DNA of 64,000 nucleotides from Naegleria gruberi (taxonomy: Eukaryota). The notes below the pieces were generated by a model. That model saw only the letters and a list, made by a program, of their open reading frames with translations, was not told where the DNA came from and made no database searches. Below, piece by piece: positions 43,402 to 55,554 of this stretch; the stretch's first letter is position 1, and each line of letters starts with the position of its first letter. The position numbers and the translations under genes are program-made. The stretch lies in NCBI GenBank assembly GCA_000004985.1, contig GG738865.1; one strand, 5' to 3'.

Positions 43402-43764
43402 TTTTCATCTTGATTTTTTGTATTTGATTTAATTTTTAAATTTTAAATTTTAAATTTATGGTCATCTACAGTTTCATTCTGTAGATTTAGATGGTAATGA
43501 AATGATTTTTTAAAGAATGAGATTATTTTGTTAAGAGCACTATTTATTAGGCGAGGAAGAACTCTCTTGTTGATGGTTGATTTTTCTCCACGAGGGTAGA
43601 ATGGGTTAATGGATAAATCGTGTTTGATCCCTCACTTTCTGATGAGGGATCCATGTGTGGATGATAATAAGCCTATTCCAAATCGGTTTGTGTTCCCCGA
43701 AGGCAATAGATGATGTTTTTAAGAAGCTAGGAAGGTGGTTGACATTGTATCATCACAAACAATC

Positions 43765-44970
43765 TTACATGTTAATAGCCTCCAAAGATTGTGGTTGTTG
43801 TTTAAGAGAGTCAACAATAACAGCAGTAGAATTGGAGTTGGAGGACAATAATTGCTCCCATTCACTACAAATCTCATCAATACAAACAGGTCTCAATGGA
43901 AGAATACTACCCCACATGGATGGAGCACAGTTTGCTAATGTTGTTGTTTGATGCTGATCATTAATCATCAAATGATTACATACAGTAGAGTTGGACAATG
44001 AAGAGGAAGCAGATGGTGAAGCTATCGAATTGTTGCAAGATGAAGTAATACCCTCTCCGATTACCAAAGGTTTCAATACACCCGAAGAAGTGCTTGGTAT
44101 CACATGTTGTTGTGCTTGCTCCGAATTATTATTTACACTATTCGGAGTAGCGTGAGAAATCACAGAATTCTGTTGAGCAACAGATGCTTGTTCATGTTGT
44201 TGGAGTGTGCCACTATATCCATTGTCATTGTTATTGCTCATTAACAATTCTACTAAACTTGAAGTATTTTCGATAATGGTTGGTTTCTCAGCTACTAGTA
44301 CAGGTTGAGTTGTGGTAGATGGATTCGTGCTGAAAAAGTTATCATTTAAATTGGGAAATTCTTGATTAATAATATTAGGGGAGAGTGCAAATGATGGAAG
44401 TGTTGATGATTTAATCATCATGTTTGAATCCGAATCAAAGGAAACAATTGGGAATGAATTTGTAATTGTTCCACTACTCATTGATGTAAAAGGTGTTGTT
44501 GCTACCTCCATGTTATTGTTGCTGCTGCTGCAGATGCTTGCAGACTTTTTCCTCTTCTTACTACTAGTTGATTGAGATGTTGCAGAGGAATTGTTTGTTG
44601 TTGTCTTTCTCTTGTTTGTTATTGTTTGATGATTGACCTTATTGTAAATATTACCATTGAAACTACTCTCAAAGGAAGAACATGTACTTGCTGAGGTATC
44701 CATCATTCTCATCTCAAAGTAATTCTCTTTGAAACGCTTATTCTTATTGAATTTTCTCATTCTAAAACCTGGAGTATCTTGCAAGGTTTTATTTATGGAT
44801 GGAGATGTTGATGTCATATTATCTGCTACTTGATTGAGTTGACTAGTGGTGGTAGCATTACTAATTCCACAAGAAGGTGTTGATGAATTACTTGTTGGAT
44901 ATTCTGTTTGTTTCATGATTAGTTGTTGTTTTTTTGCAATTCGAAACAACAATGGAGGTGATTTGTTCAC
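43765..44970 (-). CDS. S/T/N/Q-rich low-complexity protein with a short basic patch (RMRKFNKNKRFKENY); possible nuclear regulator
   Basis: 401-aa ORF with coding-like codon usage but no recognisable domain. Confidence 0.4.
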   Translation of the reverse strand: MNKSPPLLFRIAKKQQLIMKQTEYPTSNSSTPSCGISNATTTSQLNQVADNMTSTSPSINKTLQDTPGFRMRKFNKNKRFKENYFEMRMMDTSASTCSSFESSFNGNIYNKVNHQTITNKRKTTTNNSSATSQSTSSKKRKKSASICSSSNNNMEVATTPFTSMSSGTITNSFPIVSFDSDSNMMIKSSTLPSFALSPNIINQEFPNLNDNFFSTNPSTTTQPVLVAEKPTIIENTSSLVELLMSNNNDNGYSGTLQQHEQASVAQQNSVISHATPNSVNNNSEQAQQHVIPSTSSGVLKPLVIGEGITSSCNNSIASPSASSSLSNSTVCNHLMINDQHQTTTLANCAPSMWGSILPLRPVCIDEICSEWEQLLSSNSNSTAVIVDSLKQQPQSLEAINM

Positions 44971-45953
44971 ACATAATCATAATGATGAAGATATTGTTGT
45001 TTGGTTGTGATAATAACTTGGTGTCAGCATGCCAACAATGAAGTTAAACAGTGCGAAAGAGCATTCATTATTGATTAGTCGTATTTCTCACTCTTTATTG
45101 TTTGGCCTCTTACCGAATTGTTTGAGGTAAAACTTTACGCCTATTGCAGGACTTTTCGACGTTTTACAGTCATGCCCTACCGAAGGCCTCAACTAGAACT
45201 GACGTGAAATGACAGTAGCGTATTTTCATCTTGTTGGGGTATTATGCCAAACTTTTTAAAATGTGGACTTGTTGTCAAATATGGTCAGATGATGGATTTA
45301 GCTGGTGATGTTGATACGCGTTCTAACATTATATTGTTATTTAACTTATTTTATGTGTTGGACAAATTGTGGAGGGGTTACAGTTTTACTTGTTGTTTTT
45401 GCCAGTTTCGTTATTTCAAAGAATTCAACAATAATTAACTATATGTGCATGGAATTGAGATTCACAATAGTTAAATGCGCTTAGAATATATTTTGAAATC
45501 ATCTTGCTTTATTATCTCATGCATGATGAATGGTTTACTTGCAGTTTGTCTTAGTAAAAAGGAAGAACTTACAGGAACCGCTCGGGTTTTAATCTGTAAA
45601 AAGAAGGAATAAAACATGATGTGACATGTATTGACTGTTTATCAAATGACATTAACAAACTTAAATACAGTAATTATAATCAATAACCAAATGAATCTGG
45701 TGTTACTCTTTCCAGTTCTATCAAAACAGAAGGAATTAGGAACTTTAACAATAGATCAGTAAACAACATTGACAATTGTTTTTTTAATAAGGTAGCCACT
45801 TCCCTTCCAACCAAATCCAAACGTTAAAGATATCTTGTTAGCTTCACATTGATTTACAACGATTGTATGGTTATTAGAATAATATTTGAATTGAGGGAAA
45901 TAATTGTTTCAGTCCTCTCAAACAGCATCTGTTATAAGATTATAATCCAATGC

Positions 45954-47339
45954 TCACAATCCAACAATATTCACCTTCTTCTTCTTTTTCTTTGCCAACA
46001 TTTCTTGTTCTATTTCTTCTGAGGTTTTGTTCTTCTTTTTAGAGGTGGAGGATTTGGTTTTATCCTCAGTTGTGGTGGCCTGTTTGGCTATCTTATCATC
46101 TTTCTTTGGTGTAGGTGGTGGCACTACTTTTTGTTGTATATTCTCATTTGTGGCCTTAGTTTCATTATCATTGGATACGAATTTTTTCAATGCTTGATTG
46201 ACCTTAGCGAAATAGGGATGTTCTGGATTGGATTCTCTCAATTTTTCCTCAATTTTGGAAGAAATTTCAGCCCTTTGTTTACTTGTATAGAGTGCCATAC
46301 TTTCGAGAACTCCACTCGATCTAATGATGGCAGCCCTCACCTCTTGAATACCAAGCATATTTTCAGAACTGGTTGGAATAATGTATGGGAAACATGTTCT
46401 AAAGGCCTCTCCAGATTTCATAGCATCGTAGGTAACTTGCATCAATTCACACAAGTGTTCATGAGATACTTTATCACACTTGGTGAGAATTATTTGATAG
46501 GGAACTCCTGATTCCTCCAACATGTCCATAAATTCACAATCCTGTTCATAAATACCATATCTTGCATCCAATAATATGAAAACTCTTCTCAATACTGTAT
46601 TTTCTGTGCAGTATTGTCTCAGTACTGTATTCCAACCCTTGATTTTTTCCTTATTTCCTTCAGCGTATCCATATCCAGGTAAATCCACAACATAGAGCAT
46701 GTCATGCATATTGAAATAATTAATACGTTTCGTGTGACCTGGCGTCGATGACACTCTAGCCAATCTATCAGAATCCACAATAGAATTCAATAAACTCGAT
46801 TTTCCAACATTACTTCTTCCAGCAAATGCAATTTGTGGCATTTTCTCATTCGGTTCTGGAAATTCCTCAACTGTTCCACAAGTAAATTCCATCTTTGAGT
46901 GTTCCCTACTGAAAATATATTCAATATCAGAGTAGGTCACTGGAAGTTCTCCCTCAAGTTTTGTAGTAACAATATCAGGTGCCGAGTTGAGAATTATTGG
47001 TGGAGAAATGTAATCAGGTGCAGAAGGAACAGGTAATCCATTAAAGGTGTACTTGTACTTTTTCATTAGAGTTTTAGGATCAAAGGAAGAGACAATGGAT
47101 GTTGATTCTTCCATTTCATTTTCATCATCTATCAAAATATCATCATTATTTGATGATGAAAATTTATCATCGGAATAATATCGTTTTTGAATGGATGAAG
47201 TTGTAGTGTTGTTGAGAATGGAATTGATAACAAATTGTTGATTTGTAATTGTTTGAAAAACTTGTTGCTGTTTTGAATATTGATTGAAAAGATGCAATTG
47301 TTTTGATGATGACCCTATTCTACTAATTAATTTGTGCAT
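45954..47339 (-). CDS. EngB/YihA-family GTP-binding protein, probably organellar ribosome-biogenesis GTPase, with a K/E-rich C-terminal extension
   Basis: G1 FAGRSNVGKSSLLNSI, G2 region TPGHTKRIN, G3 VVDLPGYGYA, G4 ILTKCDK. The N-terminal ~60 aa is presequence-like. Confidence 0.75.
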   Translation of the reverse strand: MHKLISRIGSSSKQLHLFNQYSKQQQVFQTITNQQFVINSILNNTTTSSIQKRYYSDDKFSSSNNDDILIDDENEMEESTSIVSSFDPKTLMKKYKYTFNGLPVPSAPDYISPPIILNSAPDIVTTKLEGELPVTYSDIEYIFSREHSKMEFTCGTVEEFPEPNEKMPQIAFAGRSNVGKSSLLNSIVDSDRLARVSSTPGHTKRINYFNMHDMLYVVDLPGYGYAEGNKEKIKGWNTVLRQYCTENTVLRRVFILLDARYGIYEQDCEFMDMLEESGVPYQIILTKCDKVSHEHLCELMQVTYDAMKSGEAFRTCFPYIIPTSSENMLGIQEVRAAIIRSSGVLESMALYTSKQRAEISSKIEEKLRESNPEHPYFAKVNQALKKFVSNDNETKATNENIQQKVVPPPTPKKDDKIAKQATTTEDKTKSSTSKKKNKTSEEIEQEMLAKKKKKKVNIVGL

Positions 47340-47417
47340 TTTTTTACTTTTAATTCAATTATTATTATTTTCATAATTTACTAAATATTTAGGAATAAAT
47401 TGAAAAAGATAATTATT

Positions 47418-48734
47418 TTACTTGGAAATCTTTGTAAAATCAGGGAATAAATTCAAATTCTTAAAGTATTTGATTTGTTCTTCAATAAGATCCTTGGTAA
47501 CCTTTGGATGTTCATAATTGAAGCCAGTATCCTTTTCAATCAATGATCCATCAACAGAGAGTGAGTTATTGTACAATAATTCCTTATCAATGTAAGGTGA
47601 AAGAGGAGTAAATTTGATTCCTGATTGTTTGATCATTTCACTCCAAGGATTCATGTGATTTTCGTTAGCAGTTTCAGCAGCACTCTTCATGTTCAATTTG
47701 GCTGCTTGTGAGAGAAGTGTTCCAAAGAATCCAGTTTCAATTCCGAAAATTTGTTCGAAAATTTCATTAATCTTCTTTTGATCTGTTTGATTCTTATCAC
47801 TCAAATTATAGACAAGAGTTCCAGTTGATTTGGTATTCATGTAGACATGCCAGAGAGCACGAGCAACATCTCTAACGTGAACAGTATTAATACACAAATC
47901 ACCACTCCACAAGAATTTCATCTTATCCTTGGTGAGAGTATAAGTACAGGCACAAGTAATACGTGGAGTAAGACCATTCAAATCAGCAGGTCCATAAATT
48001 ATTGATGGACGAAGAATGACCAATTTTTGAGAGAGTTCAGGTGAAAGCTTTTTCAATTCATCTTCAGCTTGAGCCTTGAACTTAGCTTGATTAGTCCATG
48101 GAGCAATCTTGTCAGTTTCTTTACTGGCCTTGCTACCAGAGTCATAGACTTGAGCAGTACTAACTTCAACATACTTTTCAATTGATGACAAGTAATTGAG
48201 AGCTTCCTTGGCACAGTTAATAGAAATGTCGAAAATCATTTGCTTGTAAGTGGCTTCTTCTTGTCCGTATCTGGTTTCAGCAGCCAAATTGACAACAAAT
48301 TGATATGGTCCAGTGGTATCTTCAAAAGCCTTTTTAATGTGAGTTGGATTAGACAAGTTAGCTTGTTTGAATTCAACAATTGGATTGTTTTCATAAATGT
48401 TGAGGAATTCTTCGGACAAGTAGGCTATTGTTGTTGTTTAAATTAATTTAATTATGAAATATATTATTGATGATGATGAATTTAAATTGATGATGAACAG
48501 ATGATGATGACAGTCGACGGTGATTCAAATGATTATTCATAAGCATCACCATTAAATATTAATAATAATTAATTAACAACAATAATATTCAAAACATACC
48601 AGTCTTTGGCAATTGCTTATCAGCAACTCTAATCTTACTAGCCAAATCTTTATCCACAAGGTATTTAACAAAATGTCTACCGACAAATCCAGTTCCTCCC
48701 AAAACGAGCACTCTTGGTTTAGCTGTTGGCATTT
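47418..48734 (-). CDS. NAD(P)-binding Rossmann-fold epimerase/dehydratase-like (extended SDR) protein, 2 exons (intron ~48420-48584)
   Basis: MPTAKPRVLVLGGTGFVGRHFVKYL (GxxGxxG). The GTATGT...CAATAG intron joins ..DKQLPKT to AYLSEEFLNIY.. in frame. The downstream exon is 333 aa and ends ..FTKISK. Confidence 0.65.
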
Positions 48735-49257
48735 TCTCTTTTATAGTACAATATTTAATAACAACACAACAATAATACAATTAATTATCAAAGTCTTCCG
48801 CGCTCACCCAAGAAAAAACCAAGAAAAAAATTCTTCTCTCTTTTTTATTAAAATTTGATGATGAAGAGAATGCTGCATTGTCTTTATGCTTGATGGCTGT
48901 TGTTGGTGATATGATGAATATCGAACCATGTACGCGATGACTTCGAATGTTCACCTGTGCTCGGATTTATGAGAGATTTGGTTTTTGACGAGTTTTGTGT
49001 GATTCGTTCAGTGCACTCTTAGGAAGGTTTGACTTGATTTGGAGCACCATTTGAATTGAAGATATTGAGAGCAGAGGATTAAGGGATTTTGATGAGATTG
49101 GTGTGCCATTGAGTGGATAATAGTGTAATTTATCATTGTATTGAAAATATTATGACCTACCATTGTTAATTTCAACACAGTTGATCTGACATCACCTGCC
49201 AAATGCAAGTTCATCTTTCTGACATTTCAAATTTACATCATTTTAAAAAAATTCACA

Positions 49258-49824
49258 ATGCAAATCAACGGCAAACTTGTTTTCACCCTCCTATTGGCTG
49301 TTGTATTGTTATTCTTCATTGCTGACTCTCAACAATCATGTAGTGGTCTTCCAACTTGTTCAACTCCTCGTGCTGGACACAAACCTTCTGTGAATGGTTG
49401 CGGACCTAGACATTCAAAGATCTTGAACTTGTTAGGAAATGTTCTTTTCAAAGCTTTTGAAGAATGTTGTAATGGTCATGGTATGTTTCTTCTTTCAAAA
49501 ATTATCGGATTGACCATTTTATTTTGTTTGGCATGTTTTAATTGACTATTTAATTTTGGAAAAGATGTTTGTTATGAAACATGTGGAGTTTCTAGATCAA
49601 CTTGTGATAGTCAACTTTATAGTTGCATGAAGCAAGTTTGTAAGAAACAATCAAGACTCAAGAGAGGTTGGTGTGAATTGAAAGCTAAGGGAATTAACAT
49701 GGGATTGAAACCTGATTTTGATGTGAATTGTAAGGCATTTGCTGGAGCTCAAAATAAGGCATGTGATTGCTCTGTTGCTGCACCAGCTTCCAATGATGAT
49801 GATGATCTTTCAGATGAGGAATAA
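49258..49824 (+). CDS. secreted group-XII-type phospholipase A2 homologue, 2 exons (49258..49480, 49565..49824)
   Basis: Signal peptide MQINGKLVFTLLLAVVLLFFIADS. NGCGPRHSKIL matches the PLA2G12 NGCGSP motif. Removing the GTATGT...AAAG intron (49481-49564) creates CCNGHD|VCYETCG, identical in pattern to the PLA2G12 catalytic CCNxHDxCYETCG. Further Cys follow: STCDSQLYSC, CKK, CDC. Confidence 0.7.
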
Positions 49825-49924
49825 ATTGTATTTGCAACAAACTTTGAATTTGCTTTAAATTTTTGTGGAATATGGATTAATCTTGTTTATGGTTGACAAT
49901 TAACTAAATATGAATAAGAGAATT

Positions 49925-52900
49925 TTATTTGGATGTGAGAGAGGATGGTAGGTAGAATTTCAGAGAAGGAATGGTAACTGATGAATTATCAAGTAGGGAT
50001 CTTCCAGTAATTTGCAAGAGTACAAAATCGTCATCTGAATTGAAAGCATTGAAATTCACCCAAAGTTGGACCAATTTAGAGCTCATTCTCTGATTCAATG
50101 GAGATACAGTAGAGAATACAAATTGAAAATTGGAATAGATTGAGTAGGAATTGCCAGATGCATTGGAATCTTTCAATTCTATAGAAAGAGTTTCACATGA
50201 GTATTTTTCCTTCATCATGTCAACAATATCCTTAATTGTAAAGTCTTGTCTTTCATTTGCATTGTTAAGTTCTAAAAGATCCCATTCTGTTACAGAAATA
50301 GTTTCATTTCCTGTATTAAGGGAAAAGCTTTGTGTTCTCAAATGTAAGTATTTAAAAAAATCTGTTGAATACTTTCCACTACAATCTATTGAATAACTGG
50401 GGAATTGTTCACCTTTCATAGGAGATTCTTGTACAAGCTTTCCAATAATTGTTAAAAGTATTGTAACAATCAAACACATACCTTGTAATATTGTAAAGTT
50501 GCATATCCAGCAGTTATTGAATTACTAATTGAATTGCTAGGAGTCAATCCAACCACTCTCTTAATATAGTGTTTATCCACTATTGGTGGAATTTTATAGC
50601 ATTGAGCTCTAACTAGAGCACATGCTTGAACGAAATCCAAATGTAAATCATTGTAAGGATCAAAAGTAATGAATTCAATATTCAATTGGTTCAATATTGT
50701 TTCAATTTTTTCTTTCAATGTTTCTTCAGAAAGTTCAGAATCAATTTTTTTCATTCCCAAATCTTCTTCTTTCAAAACTTTGGCTAATATTTCTTTCAAT
50801 TCTTCCATATTTGGTAAATCAACTGAATAAACCTTGGATCTCAAAATAGCACTATATAGAACAAAATCCAAGTGAGAGGCATTGATAGCATTGAAAGGAA
50901 CAGGAACTGGTCTTCTCATTCTAGCCAAATATTCAGGTAAAGTGCCATTCCTCATGAATGGAGCAAAATATGTTTCTAATATTTCACTAATTCCCTTATC
51001 GAAATATTCATTGAATTTGACAACTGCCCATCTTATGCTATTTTCAAAATGGCAAGGATTGTATAGAACAATATCAGTGTACTTGTCTCTGAAATCACCA
51101 AATGGGCCTAAATGAATGAGTAAATTATCCTTATACATTTCTTTGAAAGGATAGTCAATTGAGAAATTTATCATATCCTTCATGGAGCCATAATAATTGA
51201 TTATTTGTGGATAGGATACTTCGTTACTCTCCCTAACATGCTTTCCACTCAAGTGTGGAATCATTAAAGTGACATTTCCTTTCATACATTCACTTGTGGC
51301 AAAAATTGCTCTTTTGGTAGAATTAATGACACGAGAAACAATTAAATCAGCAATTGGTTTTCCAGGAACTGTGCACGTATATCCACTATATTGATCCAAA
51401 TTATTCCAAGAAAATTGTTCCTCTTCTTCATTCACTGGTCTTGCTCTCGCATATTCTTCAACCATGTCAATTTTCATTTGAGGATTAATGTGATTTTTCA
51501 CGTAGTCTATTGCGAGCATGGACTTGATATTGGCAAACTTACTTATATCCTCCTCTATAATGAATGGATGTGTTATGAGATTTGGTAAGATGGCCTCCTT
51601 GGCATCGACAAGAGTTGTGGATGGAGCTTCTTCATGAGAACTGAGACCCATCAGGGCATAATTCTTCAAACATTCCCATCCTAATCCACCCATTCCAAAT
51701 ATTACCTCATTAGATTTCATTATTTTTGATTGTAATGTTTTACCAATCAAGTTAATTTGTTGTTGAAATCTTTTCATTTTGTGTGGAATGTTAACACAAT
51801 CTTCGTGAGTTGGAAGAGGACTTGGCAGGCAATCCCATGCATCTAAACATTCCCATTGATCAATTATTGGAAAGTAATACATACTCAAATTCTTGAGAAT
51901 TTCCATCACAATGAAAGCTCCCGTGATGCTTGTGAATGGAGCTGACCTTCCTTGACATGTGAAAGCAAGGGTTTTGCAAATTTCTTGATTGAAGAATTGG
52001 TTTGGAATTCTATCTTTTGCAAATTGCACAAATTCTAAAGCATCTTGCTCATGGTAAGGTTTTGGAATTTTTCCATTCTCCCTTTCGAATAGTTCAAGTT
52101 GAGTGAAAGCATGTCTCTTCTCTACCTTCGTCCTTGAATCCGAATCTTTAAATGTTGGATTATCCAACTCTTCTTTAAGTGATTTAAGCTTGTGAGATCT
52201 TATATCTAGACCAGTAACATTACATTTCATGAAATAAGCTGAGCCATCCCCCAATTCGAATTTTCCAAAATTAGTAGAATCCAAATCTACAACCACTCGA
52301 TTTCCAATCTTTGATTTGATTCTAACCGCCTTGTGTTCATTCAATTCCGTCATTCCCCTAACATTTCTAAAGACAATATTTTGATGAACATTCATTCCCT
52401 CTTCCTTATTAAATTCATCATCTAAAAGATCAATTTTTGTTGGGTTTCCATTGATGATATCCTTAATTGAACAACCTTCTTTGAAGCCAGGGTTCAGATC
52501 TTTGATTTTGTGTTCGCCCATATCATAGAATATTAAACATGATAAGCCCTTCATGTCGGATGCCACGAATTTAATATTATTATCGTGACAGGTTTGAGCC
52601 AAATCAATCAGTGATGAAAGAGAATGTTCAGTACAAATAATAAAATCAAACTCTTTCAAAAACTGCACATCACCTGCCAAGCTGTCAACTTGACCATCTT
52701 TCACATTAATTTGTGCAAATGGATTCAATCCATTCAACACAATCATTGCTCTCTCCGCTCTATTTCTTCCAATCACTTCTACCTCCTTCGAATCGGCAAC
52801 AATCGAATAAAAATCTGCCAAATCCTCATACGAAACCATCTTTGAATCCATCAGTGTTAATTGTTCAATTCCATTTTGGAGTAAATTCTTTGCCACTTCC

Positions 52901-53073
52901 AATCCAAGTCCTCCCATTCCACACACCAACACTCTACACTTATTGAAGGTTGTGATTTTATCCTCTGGCCACCACGTATGCACCAATGTATCATAGAATT
53001 GCTGTTTGGTTAGTGTCGACATTTTTTTTTCTTTTGAAAAGTCGCACACTTTTGGCGGGAAGATGTTTAACAT
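49925..53073 (-). CDS. UBA1-type E1 ubiquitin-like-activating enzyme (two ThiF/MoeB adenylation folds, catalytic Cys, C-terminal UFD in exon 2); intron ~50438-50481
   Basis: First fold VLVCGMGGLGLEVAKNLLQNGIEQLTLMD; second fold VIFGMGGLGWECLKNYALMGLS. Catalytic region YNPCHFENSIRWAVVKFNEYF (compare [23 protein letters not shown]). The GTATGTG...GGAAAG intron joins ..ATLQYYK to LVQESPMKGEQFP.. (ORF 49925..50479). The initiator may be MLN (53073) or MSTLTK (~53022). Confidence 0.75.
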
Positions 53074-53396
53074 TGTTTTACAATCAAATTGCTTTATTCT
53101 CTGTTATTTATTAGTATTGAATATCAAAGGTGAAATAAAGAGAATAGAAGGGAGAATAAAGGCGCCTTCTCACTACAGCTTTGTCAAAAAAGCTTATTTG
53201 GAATGGATAAATGTAAAAAATTTGTGCTTGTGGTGTAATGCATACAATCAAATTGTAGTGGCTGTCTTTGTTTCACTTTTCATCATTATTAACATGTCAA
53301 ATTCACAATGATTAATGACATTTTGATCAAACAATTCTCATAAAAAAACTTTACAAAGGTTCAATTATTCGAGAATTTACAAAACTCAAAAAAAAA

Positions 53397-55532
53397 ATGT
53401 CCTACTCATCTGAAGAAGATTATCAAGAAGAAGAACCTTTTTCCTCCTCATCACCATCATCACCATCATCATCCTCTTCTGGAGACGAAGAAGAAGAATC
53501 AACAGATGATCGATATGTGAGAGCGGAGGGTAATAATCCAAAGAGAAAAAACCTAAATGTCACCAGCAATAGCAGTAGCAGCAATATGAATTTTATTCAA
53601 AGCAATTTTAATGATCATCATTATATTTATCCTGATTCTGATCTAAATTATGGTTTTTTTCTTAATACTACTGCTAATAGAAGAAGTAGTAGTAGTATCA
53701 GTGGTGGTGATAAGAAGAATGGAGCAGCTGCATTTACATTTACTGCATCGGGACAACCGTTTGGAATTTCTGGTGGTGGTCTTGGTGGTGGTGATCAAAC
53801 TCTAATTTCCTCATCAAATTCAAATAGTTTTTCTTCATCAAATTCAACTCCGTGTGGTGGTTTCAAGTTTGATGATACTTCTAAAGTCCTGTTTAGTCAA
53901 CAAAAACCAATATTTGGTTCTTTTAATACTTCTCAGCCTTTTGGTACTAATAGTGGTGATGATCATCAAGCTACTAACAATTCAAATAGTTCAAATACTA
54001 ATAATGCATCATCCACTTCATCATTGGCAGCATCGGAAGAGAAATTATTTGTCTTTGGAAGTGTTCCATCATCCTCATCCACTTCATTAAGCCACTCACC
54101 AACAAAGACAATGCATAGAAGAGGCATAAATGTTGCATCCAAGAATAGGAATGAAAATATTGATAACATATTCAATTCATTGCCAAAACCTCCTACTTTT
54201 GGTTATCAACAAGCAGTTGATCAAAAAGATAGTACCACTGGTGATTCTTTATCAGAGATGAGTCAGTCCTTGTATAGTATTTTGAGAATGGCTAAAGTGA
54301 AGGGAGTTACCACTAAAATATCTGAACTCAAATCAAGAAAGGAACCGAGAAAATATCAAATCAAATCCTATCCAAGAGATTTAATATTGGAAGGTGGAAT
54401 GTTGCAAGTTTATGCATTTAAGCCACTATTGAAAATTGTTGCTCCTAATTTTTGTAAGAATGTCATTTGTAATGAACCATTATTGCATAGATTGGAAAGT
54501 AAGGAGATTGAAACATTGAATTTCTTCATATACATGATCTATTCGAAATCATCCTTTACAAATTTCAGCTTGTTTCCAAGCTTACCATTTTTGGTGTTTT
54601 TAATGGACGTGAGTAAGGAAGATTTTCTGCAACAGAAGAGCTACTTTATTAGTCAACTTGGCTTTGTTTATTTGAATACCAAAAACGCTGTGGACATTCT
54701 AGTGGGAACTGACAAGTACATTGCATTAAGAAACGAACTGTTCACAGAGGATATTTCTCTTAAATTTTTAGATCAAGTCAGAATCACTTGCTTGGAGTAT
54801 ATTGGAGCCAATTCGTCGTGCAAAGAATTTGATTACAATCAAGATCCAAGAGTGAAAGATTATGTATTGGAATTCTACAGATATAAGCATGTGACCCGTG
54901 ATATTGTGCCACCTTTTCAAACACCAGTCGTCATTGGAGGCATTAACATTATCTATAACTTTAAAGAGGACAGTGATGCTGTGGTGAAAATTCCTGATTC
55001 TCTGGGAGGAGTCAAAACCATATATTGTCACAAGACTGTGCTCTCCAGTGCTTCTGAAATGTTGGAAGTAAATTTTGGACCCAATTGGAGCAATGAAGAG
55101 GATGAAGACGGAAGAGCCATCATCAATGTTGAACATCTCATTGAAGTTGCCTCAGATCCAAGTGTAATGGAATTTATTATCGAGTATGCCTATGGAATTT
55201 TTGCACCAATCAAGGTTTCTTCCAAGCAAGTAATTCCACTCATTAAGGCTGCACATTTCTATAGAATTCAGGGCCTTCTCGATGAGTGTCTCTACTTGTG
55301 TGTGAATAGGGACAAGCTCTCCTTTTTCGAAGTGGCCGAATCTCTAGAGGATCATTTCGAAGACGAAACCATGGAAGCTTTTGAGGATGTTATGGTAGAA
55401 ATTGGAACTGCCAATTACCCCTTCATTATTGGAGCAAGTGATGAAGAATTAATGAAATTGCCAAAGAGAATGCTTATTAAGATGTTCAGAAAGATTTACA
55501 AAACATACATTCCAAATATCAAAACCTTGTAA
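53397..55532 (+). CDS. protein with an S/N-rich, FG-containing N-terminal half and a C-terminal BTB/POZ domain
   Basis: N-terminal half: SSSSPSSPSSSSSGDEEEE, GQPFGISGGGLGGG, PIFGSF, QPFGTNSG, LFVFGSV. BTB domain: KTIYCHKTVLSSASEMLEVNFG...INVEHLIEVASDPSVMEFIIEYAYGIFAPIKVSSKQVIPLIKAAHFYRIQGLLDECLYL. Confidence 0.6.
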   Translation: MSYSSEEDYQEEEPFSSSSPSSPSSSSSGDEEEESTDDRYVRAEGNNPKRKNLNVTSNSSSSNMNFIQSNFNDHHYIYPDSDLNYGFFLNTTANRRSSSSISGGDKKNGAAAFTFTASGQPFGISGGGLGGGDQTLISSSNSNSFSSSNSTPCGGFKFDDTSKVLFSQQKPIFGSFNTSQPFGTNSGDDHQATNNSNSSNTNNASSTSSLAASEEKLFVFGSVPSSSSTSLSHSPTKTMHRRGINVASKNRNENIDNIFNSLPKPPTFGYQQAVDQKDSTTGDSLSEMSQSLYSILRMAKVKGVTTKISELKSRKEPRKYQIKSYPRDLILEGGMLQVYAFKPLLKIVAPNFCKNVICNEPLLHRLESKEIETLNFFIYMIYSKSSFTNFSLFPSLPFLVFLMDVSKEDFLQQKSYFISQLGFVYLNTKNAVDILVGTDKYIALRNELFTEDISLKFLDQVRITCLEYIGANSSCKEFDYNQDPRVKDYVLEFYRYKHVTRDIVPPFQTPVVIGGINIIYNFKEDSDAVVKIPDSLGGVKTIYCHKTVLSSASEMLEVNFGPNWSNEEDEDGRAIINVEHLIEVASDPSVMEFIIEYAYGIFAPIKVSSKQVIPLIKAAHFYRIQGLLDECLYLCVNRDKLSFFEVAESLEDHFEDETMEAFEDVMVEIGTANYPFIIGASDEELMKLPKRMLIKMFRKIYKTYIPNIKTL

Positions 55533-55554
55533 CATTCTCGGTTTGATGTATTTA

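Noticed and set aside
45000-45950. About 0.95-kb gene-free stretch with slightly higher GC. I considered an snRNA or other pol III/pol II ncRNA.
   Set aside because: No U1/U2/U4/U5/U6, SRP or tRNA signature motifs could be recognised by eye. It needs an Infernal scan and stays unannotated.
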